A stretch of 37,212 nucleotides of DNA, taken from the IMG/VR virus record IMGVR_UViG_3300030109_000534, positions 1 through 37,212 of that record; one strand, given 5' to 3'. The notes beneath the pieces were generated by a model that was not told the origin of the DNA, ran no database searches, and worked only from the letters and a program-made list of their open reading frames with translations. Origin of the DNA: a virus. Its lineage: Duplodnaviria > Caudoviricetes. The translations under genes and the position numbers were made by a program. Positions 14,376 through 24,034 of the stretch are shown here, in pieces; position 1 is the stretch's first letter, and each line of letters starts with the position of its first letter.

Positions 14376-16984
14376 TATACTATTTCTTTATGATCTGTTA
14401 TTAATGTGTTCGTACCATCTAAGCTAACCATTCTTAGATAAGAAGTTGTTGTTGGATCAATTCCGTCTCCTAATGTTGCAGGCAAAGATGATGAATTTGC
14501 AGGTAAAGTTATACTATAGTTACCTTGTATATTATAAACTCTAACAATGGCATTATCTGCACTCCCACCTTGATATTCATTATAGTAAAAGAAATTACCA
14601 TCTTTGCTTAATCTTACATTATAAATATTAGTTGCATTACTATTAGCAAGTGTGATCTCTGCCTTACCAACAAACTCTAATGAACCAACACCTATATCCC
14701 ATGGAATTTTACATCTATATTTATAGACAGATGTTTTACCACCTGTAATATTATCTTCAACAATTACAACAGTAGTGCCATCATAAGATATATCACCACC
14801 AATCTCATCATCTTTGTTATCTTCCCCATGTGTTCCTAAATCAAAATCTGCAAATGATTGTAGTGTTAATGTGCTATCAATATCATACGCTGTACTTAAA
14901 CTAATAACATAAGCACCTTTGGCATTTGGATAAGAACTATGATCTTGGTGTCGCATACTCTGTAAGTAAGCCAATGTACCATCATCATTAAATCTAATAT
15001 TTACAAAATAAGCGTCTGCACTTGCTGCCAAACTTAATGGTGTATCCATAACAATACTATGATTTGCTGTACCAGATAATGTGCTAATATCATTAGCAGT
15101 ACTTAGACTATACTCATATAAATCATTACCTTGTGCCGCAATTAATTTACTGCCATCACCATTCAAATGTAATCCATGTATTCTTATAGATGATGAAAAA
15201 TTCGGTGATACTTTGCTATCATAAGACGCTGTGCTTACATCATAAGCAGTAGATAAAGTATACTGATGTATCAAATAGTTAGAATCTTCACCTGCAATAT
15301 AAAATTTTGTACCATCTGCATTGTAGAAACTACCTTTCAATCGTTCATTACCTTTTTGTCCATCAAAATCTTCATTAGTACCTGCGTTTAAAGATAGAAC
15401 ATCATATCGTTTAGCAACATTTTTTAAAAATAATTCTATCTCTCCTCCACTTGGTACATTAGAAAAGCTGTATGTAGTATCGCCAGAAAGAGTATGGCTA
15501 AAAGCTGTAGCACTAGACCAGTCTATTGTAGGTGTTGTACCAGATAAGGCTGACGCTAAACTAAATCCACCACCACTAGGCGCTTCTGCCCACGTCAATC
15601 CACCTGTATTACCAGACTGTGCTGTCAACATGTAACCATTTACAGGTGAGTTACTTATTTGCATTTTTGCTTCGTTTATTGCCTCATTTGCAATTTTACC
15701 TTGTGTAACATTTAAATCTGCAATATGTGCTGTATCTATAGATCCGTCTGTGTAATGCTCACTGTTTATAGCATCATCAGCAATCTTTGCTCCTGTTATT
15801 GCGTCATTTGCAATAGTCAACGCACCAGTATCAGCTAGTGTAGCATCACCACTGATAACGTTGTCAATGTATTTTGATGTGCCTGTATCATACAATAACA
15901 ATGATCCGTCTGCTGGACTTGTAATGTTTGTATCTGATAAATCACTTACTGAAGTAGTTGCTGTTATTGCTACCCAAGCACTACCTGTGTAGTATTTTAT
16001 AGCATCACTAGATGTATTAAAATATAATGCTCCTGCAGCTAGTGCATCACCATCATTATCTACACTTGGATCGCTTGACTTTGCGCCTAAATATACATCA
16101 TCAAAACTGTCTAATGATGCAGCAGCAGCTGTTGCACTACTAGCGGCAGCAGTAGCACTACTAGCAGCATTACTAGCAGATGTAGAGGCATTTGATGCTT
16201 GTGTTGTTGCTGTGTCTTTGTGGCCAGACGCTGTTGACGCAGATGAGGCAGCTGCTGTAGCAGAGCTTGCTGCGGCTGTTGCTGATGTAGCTGCTGCGCT
16301 TTGACTTGTTGTAGCACTAGCAGCATCTACTAATAGATCCCACTTCCCACTATCTGTGTTTGTTGTAAGAGGTTGTGATCCAGATGATGTGTGTGCTGTC
16401 TTTGCTATAAATATATTGTTAGTGCTTGTGTCTTTTACTATATCCCTGACAGCGTATGTTGTTGATGCTGCCCAGTTACCTTTGAATGTTCCTATCTCTT
16501 GTGTAACTGCTAATTCACCACTACTGTCAAATGCTAATACTTTGTTTGCTCTATCAGTTGCAGAGGTAGTAAAGTCTGTAGAAGTCATAGTGTTTGTGCG
16601 TGAAATTTTTAGTGATCTCTCAACTTGTTCCTGCAACTCTTGTGCTAGTATGATAGATCTGTCAAAAGCAGTTTCTACTGTTTCTGCTGTAAATGGATCG
16701 TTTTCTACAAGATCAACAGTTTGTGTTTGTGTAGTAGCTCTTCTGATAACAACTGTTACACCAGATGCAGGTGCAGATCCGAATGTTACATTACCACCAG
16801 TTGCTGATCCTACACCTGATACAGTGTAGTGTGTTGTTATTTCTTGTACTGTTTCTGTTCCTGTAGACGATCTAAGAATTACTTGCAAATCGCCTTGTGC
16901 AAGTATTTTAAACTGGTACGCAAATACAGTTGTACTTCCGTTTCCAGAGTAACTGTTTTTAGCTATGGTAGTTGTTATGGTCAT
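14375..16984 (-). CDS. Tail fibre / receptor-binding protein
   Basis: T7 gp17-like N-terminus (SGNGSTTVFAY.F...VVIRRAT), Ser/Ala repeats, (V/I)T.AKIA repeats, YxLSTAxD beta-propeller repeats. Confidence 0.9.
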   Translation of the reverse strand: MTITTTIAKNSYSGNGSTTVFAYQFKILAQGDLQVILRSSTGTETVQEITTHYTVSGVGSATGGNVTFGSAPASGVTVVIRRATTQTQTVDLVENDPFTAETVETAFDRSIILAQELQEQVERSLKISRTNTMTSTDFTTSATDRANKVLAFDSSGELAVTQEIGTFKGNWAASTTYAVRDIVKDTSTNNIFIAKTAHTSSGSQPLTTNTDSGKWDLLVDAASATTSQSAAATSATAAASSATAAASSASTASGHKDTATTQASNASTSASNAASSATAAASSATAAAASLDSFDDVYLGAKSSDPSVDNDGDALAAGALYFNTSSDAIKYYTGSAWVAITATTSVSDLSDTNITSPADGSLLLYDTGTSKYIDNVISGDATLADTGALTIANDAITGAKIADDAINSEHYTDGSIDTAHIADLNVTQGKIANEAINEAKMQISNSPVNGYMLTAQSGNTGGLTWAEAPSGGGFSLASALSGTTPTIDWSSATAFSHTLSGDTTYSFSNVPSGGEIELFLKNVAKRYDVLSLNAGTNEDFDGQKGNERLKGSFYNADGTKFYIAGEDSNYLIHQYTLSTAYDVSTASYDSKVSPNFSSSIRIHGLHLNGDGSKLIAAQGNDLYEYSLSTANDISTLSGTANHSIVMDTPLSLAASADAYFVNIRFNDDGTLAYLQSMRHQDHSSYPNAKGAYVISLSTAYDIDSTLTLQSFADFDLGTHGEDNKDDEIGGDISYDGTTVVIVEDNITGGKTSVYKYRCKIPWDIGVGSLEFVGKAEITLANSNATNIYNVRLSKDGNFFYYNEYQGGSADNAIVRVYNIQGNYSITLPANSSSLPATLGDGIDPTTTSYLRMVSLDGTNTLITDHKEIV

Positions 16985-17002
16985 GTTGCCTCCTATTATA
17001 CA

Positions 17003-20000
17003 CTATTCGATTACATTTTGAAGTACATTTTCTACTCCACCGCTATCTTTTATTTGTTTATAAATTTCTGAAAAAATGTTACTTGCACCTTCTCCATGTA
17101 TAGACATGTCTGGCTCTAAGAATCTAATTAATATTGCAAGTTGTTCTTTTTTATTAGCTTGTAAGTAATATTCTACGTAATCAGCGCCACCAAATGCCCT
17201 AACTAAAGCTCTTTTAACAACATTATTATGTTTGATATATTTTACGTTTTTAACTAGCATTTCCAATTCTCTTGGTGTAAAAGGTTCCATAGCGTAAGGA
17301 TCGGTTAATTTATTTAGAGCGTCTTTGTAAATAACTCTATCCGTTGCTTCTGCAGTTCTTAACTCTCTTACTTCTTCTCTTGCAGCAACTTCTTTTGGAT
17401 CATTGCCGACCATTAAATAGTTTTGTATTTGTCTACCTATTATTGGAAAATTTAATACCTCTTCTAGTTCAGAAGCTAATTCTTCTAAATTATCACTTTT
17501 AAATTTAAAACCTACTGTGCCTCCAATATTATTATCAAATTGATATTTTAAATAATCTGTTACTTTTCTCAAATGTAAATCAGAGTTGAATACATCTTCA
17601 TCTAATATTTTTGTTTGTGAGTATGGATCTACTGGATTTTCACCACCTACCATTACTTTGTAAGTTTGACTTAAAAACTGAACGACTGGTGAAAATGATG
17701 GAGATGAGCCTGTAGCTACATTTATTATATCTCTTATTTCACCATCACCACCTATTGCGTCAGCAGTTGTAAAGAAAAGTCCTGCAAAAAATCTTGCAGT
17801 TTCATCCATTGGTATTCTTAAATAATATGACCTACCAGTTGATGTAAAACCTAATGGTATAATATGATAATTTAATTTGTCATATTCTCTAACGCCACCG
17901 TACACTGCTTCTAAATAACCACCTAAAACACCTACTTTTGCTAAATACTCAACCATCTTTGGAAGTATTTGATATTTCATGTGTTTGCCAAGTATGTCTA
18001 CTGGATCACCTTTCATAACCCCTAAATCTCTTCTCCATCCTTGTGTAAATGCGTTACTAAATAAAAGTAGATTGTTTGTTATTGGATGTAGTTGACCGTG
18101 TAATCCGAATGGTGGCGATCCAAAATCAGACACTGTTCGTAAATATAATTCATCTCTTGTCATTGGAGGTATTGTTCCATTATCAATCATTTTTTTTGCT
18201 TGAGTGTATCCTCCTAATTTATTAGCTCTATCGTAAAAAATTGCTATTTTACCCATGTAATCATATAAAGGCCCAAAAACTTTTTCGTAGAATTTTTCTC
18301 GTGTTTTCATGCCCATTTTTGCTTCAATTTGCTCTCTATAATATAGATCTCCTTGTAATTCACCCTGCTCGTTTCTATATTTTAAATGTTTTCTACCTGT
18401 GTTTGCTCTGTAACCATCAGTGATTGGTAGCCAATAACCTTCTCTATTAAACATTCTTGTTACATCATCACCTTCTCCAAAAACTGATTTCCAAGCTGGT
18501 CTTAATGATTTTATCAGTGTAGGTACATATTTAGTGTCTTTACCAAAAAAGAAAGTTGCTTTTGGTATGTTAGTTACTGTAGCTCTTGCATCTTTTATAA
18601 TTTCTTTGTTCCAAAAAACAGGATTGTATTGTGTAAATATTCCTCTAAAAAATGCGTTACCCATACTAATCATTTCCATACCTTGAACATATTGTTCTGG
18701 ATTTCTTTTAAAAGCTATTGCAGCTTGTTTATTAAAATAATAATGAACATACTTACCACCAGATAAAAATGACACTGTTTCCATACCCAATGGTGCTGGA
18801 GCTAATGTGCCTTTGTCGTCTTTTGTCTTTCCTTTTTGTATTATTCTATCTTTCCAGTTTGGAACAAGTTTTTGCATTTCTTTTGATCCAAAATCTTCTA
18901 GCATCTTTTTATTTTGTATCATCCAATTTGCCATATCGTGTATCAGTGCATTTCTTTTTAGTTCACCAATAATTAAAAGATCTTTTTCTATTGTTGATTG
19001 AAAAGGATTTATTATATCTTGTAATGTTCCCATAGTTGGTTTCATAAATGCAGCAGTTAAAGTTTTATTGCCACCGCTTTCTTGCATAATTTTTATTGCT
19101 TGCTGTGTTACGTTATAATTTACATATTCTAAATTGTTTTCCAGCATTTCTAGTTGTTTTTTGTTAAATGCTTTGCTTTCACGAAACAATGGTATTACAT
19201 ACTCTTTTCTAACTTTGTAAAACTCTTCTACTAATTCATCTAATAATGGATTGTCTTTTATTAATTGTTCATACGCTTCTGCAGGATTTCTTAATTTATC
19301 TTTATGTTTTGCTGCAAAAGCTTTTCCATCTTTATCTCTTTCTAACATTGCCCACATGCCAGTTGGATTTGCTACTTTGCTTCTTTGCGTTGAATTTGCT
19401 AAGTTTCTTAACAACAATGCTGTACCTAATTGCTCTATATCACCGCGACCAGATTTTTCTAGCTTTGTTAAAATTTTACCCATCTGAGTTATGTATGATT
19501 CTAATACAACTGGCCTGTATTGATATGCTTTTAATTTAGCGTCTACTGCCATTGTTGCTTCATCCATCCATCTGTTTCTTTGTAGATTATCAATACCAAA
19601 TGCTTTACCACCACCACTTTTTCTATTTAAAAACCAACCAGCAGTGTCAACATAATGTATCATAAAAGTGTCATAAACATTTTTGCTTTCTCTAAATGCG
19701 TTTGTTTTTGCTTCTAGCAATTTTTGATTACCATCTGAAAACATATCAGCCATGTCTACAAAGAATTGACCATAGCGTTCACTTTTTGGTGCTTGTAAAA
19801 TATTTTGTGTACGTTCATAGGCAAACCTTACATCTGGTCTATTATACATGTGATTGTAAAATAGTTGTGTTGCCTTTGGTGCATTTAGCATAGTCCATCT
19901 AGGCCTTGTAAGTATAGCCATCATAAAATCTGCCATTAGTTCTGGAGAGCTTTCCCTGTATTTTACAAAATCTGGATCTTTTTCCAACATTTCTTTTTTG

Positions 20001-23000
20001 TCGTAAGGTTTCCATTTTTCTGATAAAGATATTAATTCTTGTGTTATCTCTTGTCTGTTTACTAGTCCTCTAGCACGCATTTCAGCTTCAACTTTTTTAG
20101 CAAATATTTCGTCTGCTTTTGCCATTATTTCGGCAGTATGTTTTACATTAGCTCCAGAGTATTTATCTACTAATGGTTTTATGTATGGATCAATAATACC
20201 TTTAAAAGCACTTTTTAATATTTGTGTTCTTAGTGCGTCTGACAAATTTAAAAATTCATCATAAAAATCAGGATTTAATTTAGATCTAAACTCTGGATCA
20301 TTAATAATACCTTTTATATCATCTGATGTAATTCCTGTTTCTTCTTCTAAATCTTTTTTGTTCTTTGCAAATAACTTTTGCGCATCTGCTTCTGCTTCTT
20401 TTTTTATACGTGCTATTTCTTTTTTATTCAATGGACTAGCACCATCTGCTTTTGCACCTATCCATTCGTTCATATAACCTTTTAATCCAGCTAATCTTCC
20501 TAATAAATTATCTTTGTCTTTTATAACACCTTCTGGCAATGAATCAATTAAATGACCTATTTCGTGTGCAAGTGTCATAGTAAATTTTTCTGGATCTTCT
20601 TGCAAAGCGCGTGTTACTTCTATTCTTAATTCTTTATCAGTCCTTTTTTTGTTACTGCTTGCATATCTAAAAACACCAAGCGCTGCGCCACTTTGAGTTC
20701 TTATTACGTTTTTTAATTGAGGAGTGTTTTTTGTTAAAGTTTTTACTAATGCAACAAGATCCACTACCTCTAAACCTTTTGCACTATTAAAAAATCTTTC
20801 GTATGATTCAGCAGTTCTGTATGACGGATCTTCTTCTTTAAATATAGATTCTGGCTCGTCTGGCATTTTTCTTTGGCCAATATCAGCATTTCTGTTATTT
20901 GTATCTGGAAATACTTTATCATCACGTTTTGTGTATCTTTCGTAATACGTATTAGCTTGTGTGTTTATTTTGGGATCTACTTTTTTTGCTTGTAATACAG
21001 CAATAACTTTATTTGCAACTTCGTCATAAGCTATTAATAAATTTTTATCATAGGCTAATGTTGCTTTTGTTTTTACTTCAAAACCATCTGCAACGTATGT
21101 GTACTCTTTTATATTTGCATACATTTGTGCTGGCACTTCAACAAAATCACCTTTGTTTGTTCTTAGTATAATTTTATTGTAAGGACTGCCGCTTGATCCA
21201 TTTTTTCTAATGCCAAAAACTTCATCTACTTTTGACATTTTTGATAAGTTTAACTTTTTAAAGTATGTATTAATAACGTTGTCTGTTTTACCTGCTTTCT
21301 TTTTAGTGCCACCTAAATAGTTTTTCATTTCTGCAAATAACTCTGGGTATGCTTTTTTGTTTATAAAATATTTAGACGTACCAAATGTTTCAGTACCGCT
21401 AACAACATAATCATTGGTTGTATAGTTTGTAATTTCACCTTCTATTTCATTTAAGTTTCTTTTTAAAAATTTGTCATCTTTTCTGGTTTCTACTATATCT
21501 CTATTAAAAGCTCCATTTTTTTGTTTTATCTGAAAATCCTTTTCAACTCTTGGTTGTATGTTAATGCTTTCTCCAACAATTTCTATATCAAGTTTGTCTT
21601 TTGGCATTGCCATGTAAGAAGATTCTTCAGGTATATCTATTCTTTCTATATCTGATTCTTCAGATTTGCCTCGTTGCTCTTCAATCTGTTTTTTAGTTTT
21701 TGCAATTTCTATTTCTTTTTTTATTATTCCTTCAACTCTATTTCCCAGATACAGTGAATCTGGGTTTTCTATAAGTTCTAAATCTTTTTCTTGTCTGCGT
21801 AAATTTTCTTCTAATTCTTTTAATTTTGGATCATTGTTGCGTTCAACTTTAATTACTGTTTCTCCATAATCTGTTGTTTGTCTATCAACAATATTGTAAC
21901 GCTCTGTTGAGCTTTCTATTTTTATGTCAGCTCCTATATTATTTTTTGGTGGATCAACAATTTTAATGTTAGTTGCGTCAGACAATCCAGATACATAAGC
22001 TTCGTTCATATCGATTAATATTTGTGGTGCATCCATATCTGTATCTAGTAAATCAGCTAAAATTTCTGGATTTTCATCTGCTGCTTTTCTTAAATTTTGT
22101 GGTGGTATGCCATATTTTTTATAAATATTGTATAGTTTATTAGTGCCTCGTGAAACACCATGTATTCCATATATCATAACTGCAGCGTTTAAAAAATCTT
22201 TTCTGTTAGGAACTTGACCTTCTAACGCAGACATAACAGAAACCATTGTTCCAGTTTCAAGTGCTAGTGCTGGCATATTGCCATATTTTCTTCTTGTAAA
22301 AACACCAACTGTTCCTGTTGCTGCACCTGTAACTGTATATTTACCAGCAGCTATTGCTGTTTTTACATTAATTAATTCATTCATAAAGTCTTGAAAATCA
22401 TCTACTTCATCATTTAACATAGCTCTCATAAAAACATCTCTAATTGTTTCTGGCAATGCAAAACCACCTGTAATAGCAAGTATTGGTGTTGCTGGCCCTC
22501 CTGATACCCCACCGACAAAACCTAATGTTGTTCCTAATGCTATGGCAGGTGAATCACCTACAACTTGTGCAGCCATTGTAACTACATCTTGGGGGAAATT
22601 TTTTGTTTGTAACATAAAAGAATTTTCTAGTGCTTCTTTATTTGTAAAACCATATTCGTTTTTTTGTTGTTGAAAATCTAAAAATAATCCCATAACAGAA
22701 GTTTGAAGTCCATTACCAAAAGGACTATAAGCACCTTGACCACCTGAAAATTCAATAAATTTTTTACCAATATTATTTTTTTCTAATGTTTCAGTAATTA
22801 ATCCATCATCTTTAAAAGTTGACAGTCCAGCCATAACATACTCATAATCAAATGTTGACCAAGATCCATAGTATTCTTTTGCTTTTAAAAATGCTTCTGG
22901 ATTGTCAATTAATGAAGTATCATAATATTCAAACAATAAAGTTTCTAATGCTTCTACGTTTCCTTGCGCTGCAGCTACAATTAAATCAGGAGCATCTACA

Positions 23001-24034
23001 TTTTTTGTCAATTTTATTAAGGCAAGACTTCTTTGCACATCTACAGGTAGTACGTCAGCTTTCTTATGACCATATGCTTTATTCCACCATGTTGGTCTTT
23101 TAAAATCTGGATCGTAAGCAACCATAAGATCATTTAAATCATTTAATAATCCTACCATTTCATCATTTCTTATTTGGAATAATCCGCCTGCACTGTCGTC
23201 TGCGCTTCTTTTGTTTGTATTATCGCTAACTATTCCAGACAAAACGCTTAGATTAAAATTCAATGTATTTATTTCATTTTCATTCAATCCGTAATTTATT
23301 TGTGTATCATTCATCACACTGAATGTGTATAATCCAGTAGAAGCTGTTTCGTCTAGCACTTTTTTTTTAGCTCTTTCTTCTTGTTCTCTTTGCTTTCTTA
23401 ATCTTTCTGCGTTTATTATAACCTCTACTGGTTTGCCATCTATTTCTAGCTTTCCACCATTTTTAGAATAATCTTGTTTTTGTTTGTCAGTTAAACGATC
23501 AAAATAAATTTTGCCTTCAGACAACATAATGCCAGCAGCAGTATCTTCAACCTCTTGCTGTATCGCGTCATCTTTCATATTTTTGTATAAATCTATGTTA
23601 TATGATGTTGCGTTTGTACCATCTATGATAGGTTTTACGTAATCTTCTTCTGTATTACTTTCTGTAGAATTTGCTTTTGTAACTGGTATTTCATCATCAG
23701 GATTTACGACAGTATCTTTTTCTGGGACTATTTCTTGTGAGGTATCAACATTTTGGCCTTCTGTTACTTTTTTTTCTAATACATTAATGTTCTCTGTGTT
23801 TACTTGATCGTTTGCATTGACAGATTGCAACATACCTGTTGAGTTGCTATTTTCATCTCCTATTAATGATTTTGATATTGTTGATGATTTTTCTATACCG
23901 AAAAAATTATTTATTTGATAATCACTAAAACCAACGCTTTTGTATCTATCGCGTTCATTTTCAATGTGTTCAATAATTGATTCTTCAGTAAAACCAGCAG
24001 CTCTTAATTGTGCTGCAGTAACTCTTCTACTCAT
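17003..24034 (-). CDS. Large internal virion (ejection) protein, polyvalent-type
   Basis: 2343 aa in T7 gp16 position; HEIGH zincin motif; SAGGLFQI SLT-like motif; LPD38-like NYHIIP...YLRIP. Confidence 0.8.
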   Translation of the reverse strand: MSRRVTAAQLRAAGFTEESIIEHIENERDRYKSVGFSDYQINNFFGIEKSSTISKSLIGDENSNSTGMLQSVNANDQVNTENINVLEKKVTEGQNVDTSQEIVPEKDTVVNPDDEIPVTKANSTESNTEEDYVKPIIDGTNATSYNIDLYKNMKDDAIQQEVEDTAAGIMLSEGKIYFDRLTDKQKQDYSKNGGKLEIDGKPVEVIINAERLRKQREQEERAKKKVLDETASTGLYTFSVMNDTQINYGLNENEINTLNFNLSVLSGIVSDNTNKRSADDSAGGLFQIRNDEMVGLLNDLNDLMVAYDPDFKRPTWWNKAYGHKKADVLPVDVQRSLALIKLTKNVDAPDLIVAAAQGNVEALETLLFEYYDTSLIDNPEAFLKAKEYYGSWSTFDYEYVMAGLSTFKDDGLITETLEKNNIGKKFIEFSGGQGAYSPFGNGLQTSVMGLFLDFQQQKNEYGFTNKEALENSFMLQTKNFPQDVVTMAAQVVGDSPAIALGTTLGFVGGVSGGPATPILAITGGFALPETIRDVFMRAMLNDEVDDFQDFMNELINVKTAIAAGKYTVTGAATGTVGVFTRRKYGNMPALALETGTMVSVMSALEGQVPNRKDFLNAAVMIYGIHGVSRGTNKLYNIYKKYGIPPQNLRKAADENPEILADLLDTDMDAPQILIDMNEAYVSGLSDATNIKIVDPPKNNIGADIKIESSTERYNIVDRQTTDYGETVIKVERNNDPKLKELEENLRRQEKDLELIENPDSLYLGNRVEGIIKKEIEIAKTKKQIEEQRGKSEESDIERIDIPEESSYMAMPKDKLDIEIVGESINIQPRVEKDFQIKQKNGAFNRDIVETRKDDKFLKRNLNEIEGEITNYTTNDYVVSGTETFGTSKYFINKKAYPELFAEMKNYLGGTKKKAGKTDNVINTYFKKLNLSKMSKVDEVFGIRKNGSSGSPYNKIILRTNKGDFVEVPAQMYANIKEYTYVADGFEVKTKATLAYDKNLLIAYDEVANKVIAVLQAKKVDPKINTQANTYYERYTKRDDKVFPDTNNRNADIGQRKMPDEPESIFKEEDPSYRTAESYERFFNSAKGLEVVDLVALVKTLTKNTPQLKNVIRTQSGAALGVFRYASSNKKRTDKELRIEVTRALQEDPEKFTMTLAHEIGHLIDSLPEGVIKDKDNLLGRLAGLKGYMNEWIGAKADGASPLNKKEIARIKKEAEADAQKLFAKNKKDLEEETGITSDDIKGIINDPEFRSKLNPDFYDEFLNLSDALRTQILKSAFKGIIDPYIKPLVDKYSGANVKHTAEIMAKADEIFAKKVEAEMRARGLVNRQEITQELISLSEKWKPYDKKEMLEKDPDFVKYRESSPELMADFMMAILTRPRWTMLNAPKATQLFYNHMYNRPDVRFAYERTQNILQAPKSERYGQFFVDMADMFSDGNQKLLEAKTNAFRESKNVYDTFMIHYVDTAGWFLNRKSGGGKAFGIDNLQRNRWMDEATMAVDAKLKAYQYRPVVLESYITQMGKILTKLEKSGRGDIEQLGTALLLRNLANSTQRSKVANPTGMWAMLERDKDGKAFAAKHKDKLRNPAEAYEQLIKDNPLLDELVEEFYKVRKEYVIPLFRESKAFNKKQLEMLENNLEYVNYNVTQQAIKIMQESGGNKTLTAAFMKPTMGTLQDIINPFQSTIEKDLLIIGELKRNALIHDMANWMIQNKKMLEDFGSKEMQKLVPNWKDRIIQKGKTKDDKGTLAPAPLGMETVSFLSGGKYVHYYFNKQAAIAFKRNPEQYVQGMEMISMGNAFFRGIFTQYNPVFWNKEIIKDARATVTNIPKATFFFGKDTKYVPTLIKSLRPAWKSVFGEGDDVTRMFNREGYWLPITDGYRANTGRKHLKYRNEQGELQGDLYYREQIEAKMGMKTREKFYEKVFGPLYDYMGKIAIFYDRANKLGGYTQAKKMIDNGTIPPMTRDELYLRTVSDFGSPPFGLHGQLHPITNNLLLFSNAFTQGWRRDLGVMKGDPVDILGKHMKYQILPKMVEYLAKVGVLGGYLEAVYGGVREYDKLNYHIIPLGFTSTGRSYYLRIPMDETARFFAGLFFTTADAIGGDGEIRDIINVATGSSPSFSPVVQFLSQTYKVMVGGENPVDPYSQTKILDEDVFNSDLHLRKVTDYLKYQFDNNIGGTVGFKFKSDNLEELASELEEVLNFPIIGRQIQNYLMVGNDPKEVAAREEVRELRTAEATDRVIYKDALNKLTDPYAMEPFTPRELEMLVKNVKYIKHNNVVKRALVRAFGGADYVEYYLQANKKEQLAILIRFLEPDMSIHGEGASNIFSEIYKQIKDSGGVENVLQNVIE

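Noticed and set aside
14375-16984. Diversity-generating retroelement, given the BPP-1-like virion
   Set aside because: No reverse transcriptase and no TR/VR repeat pair seen.
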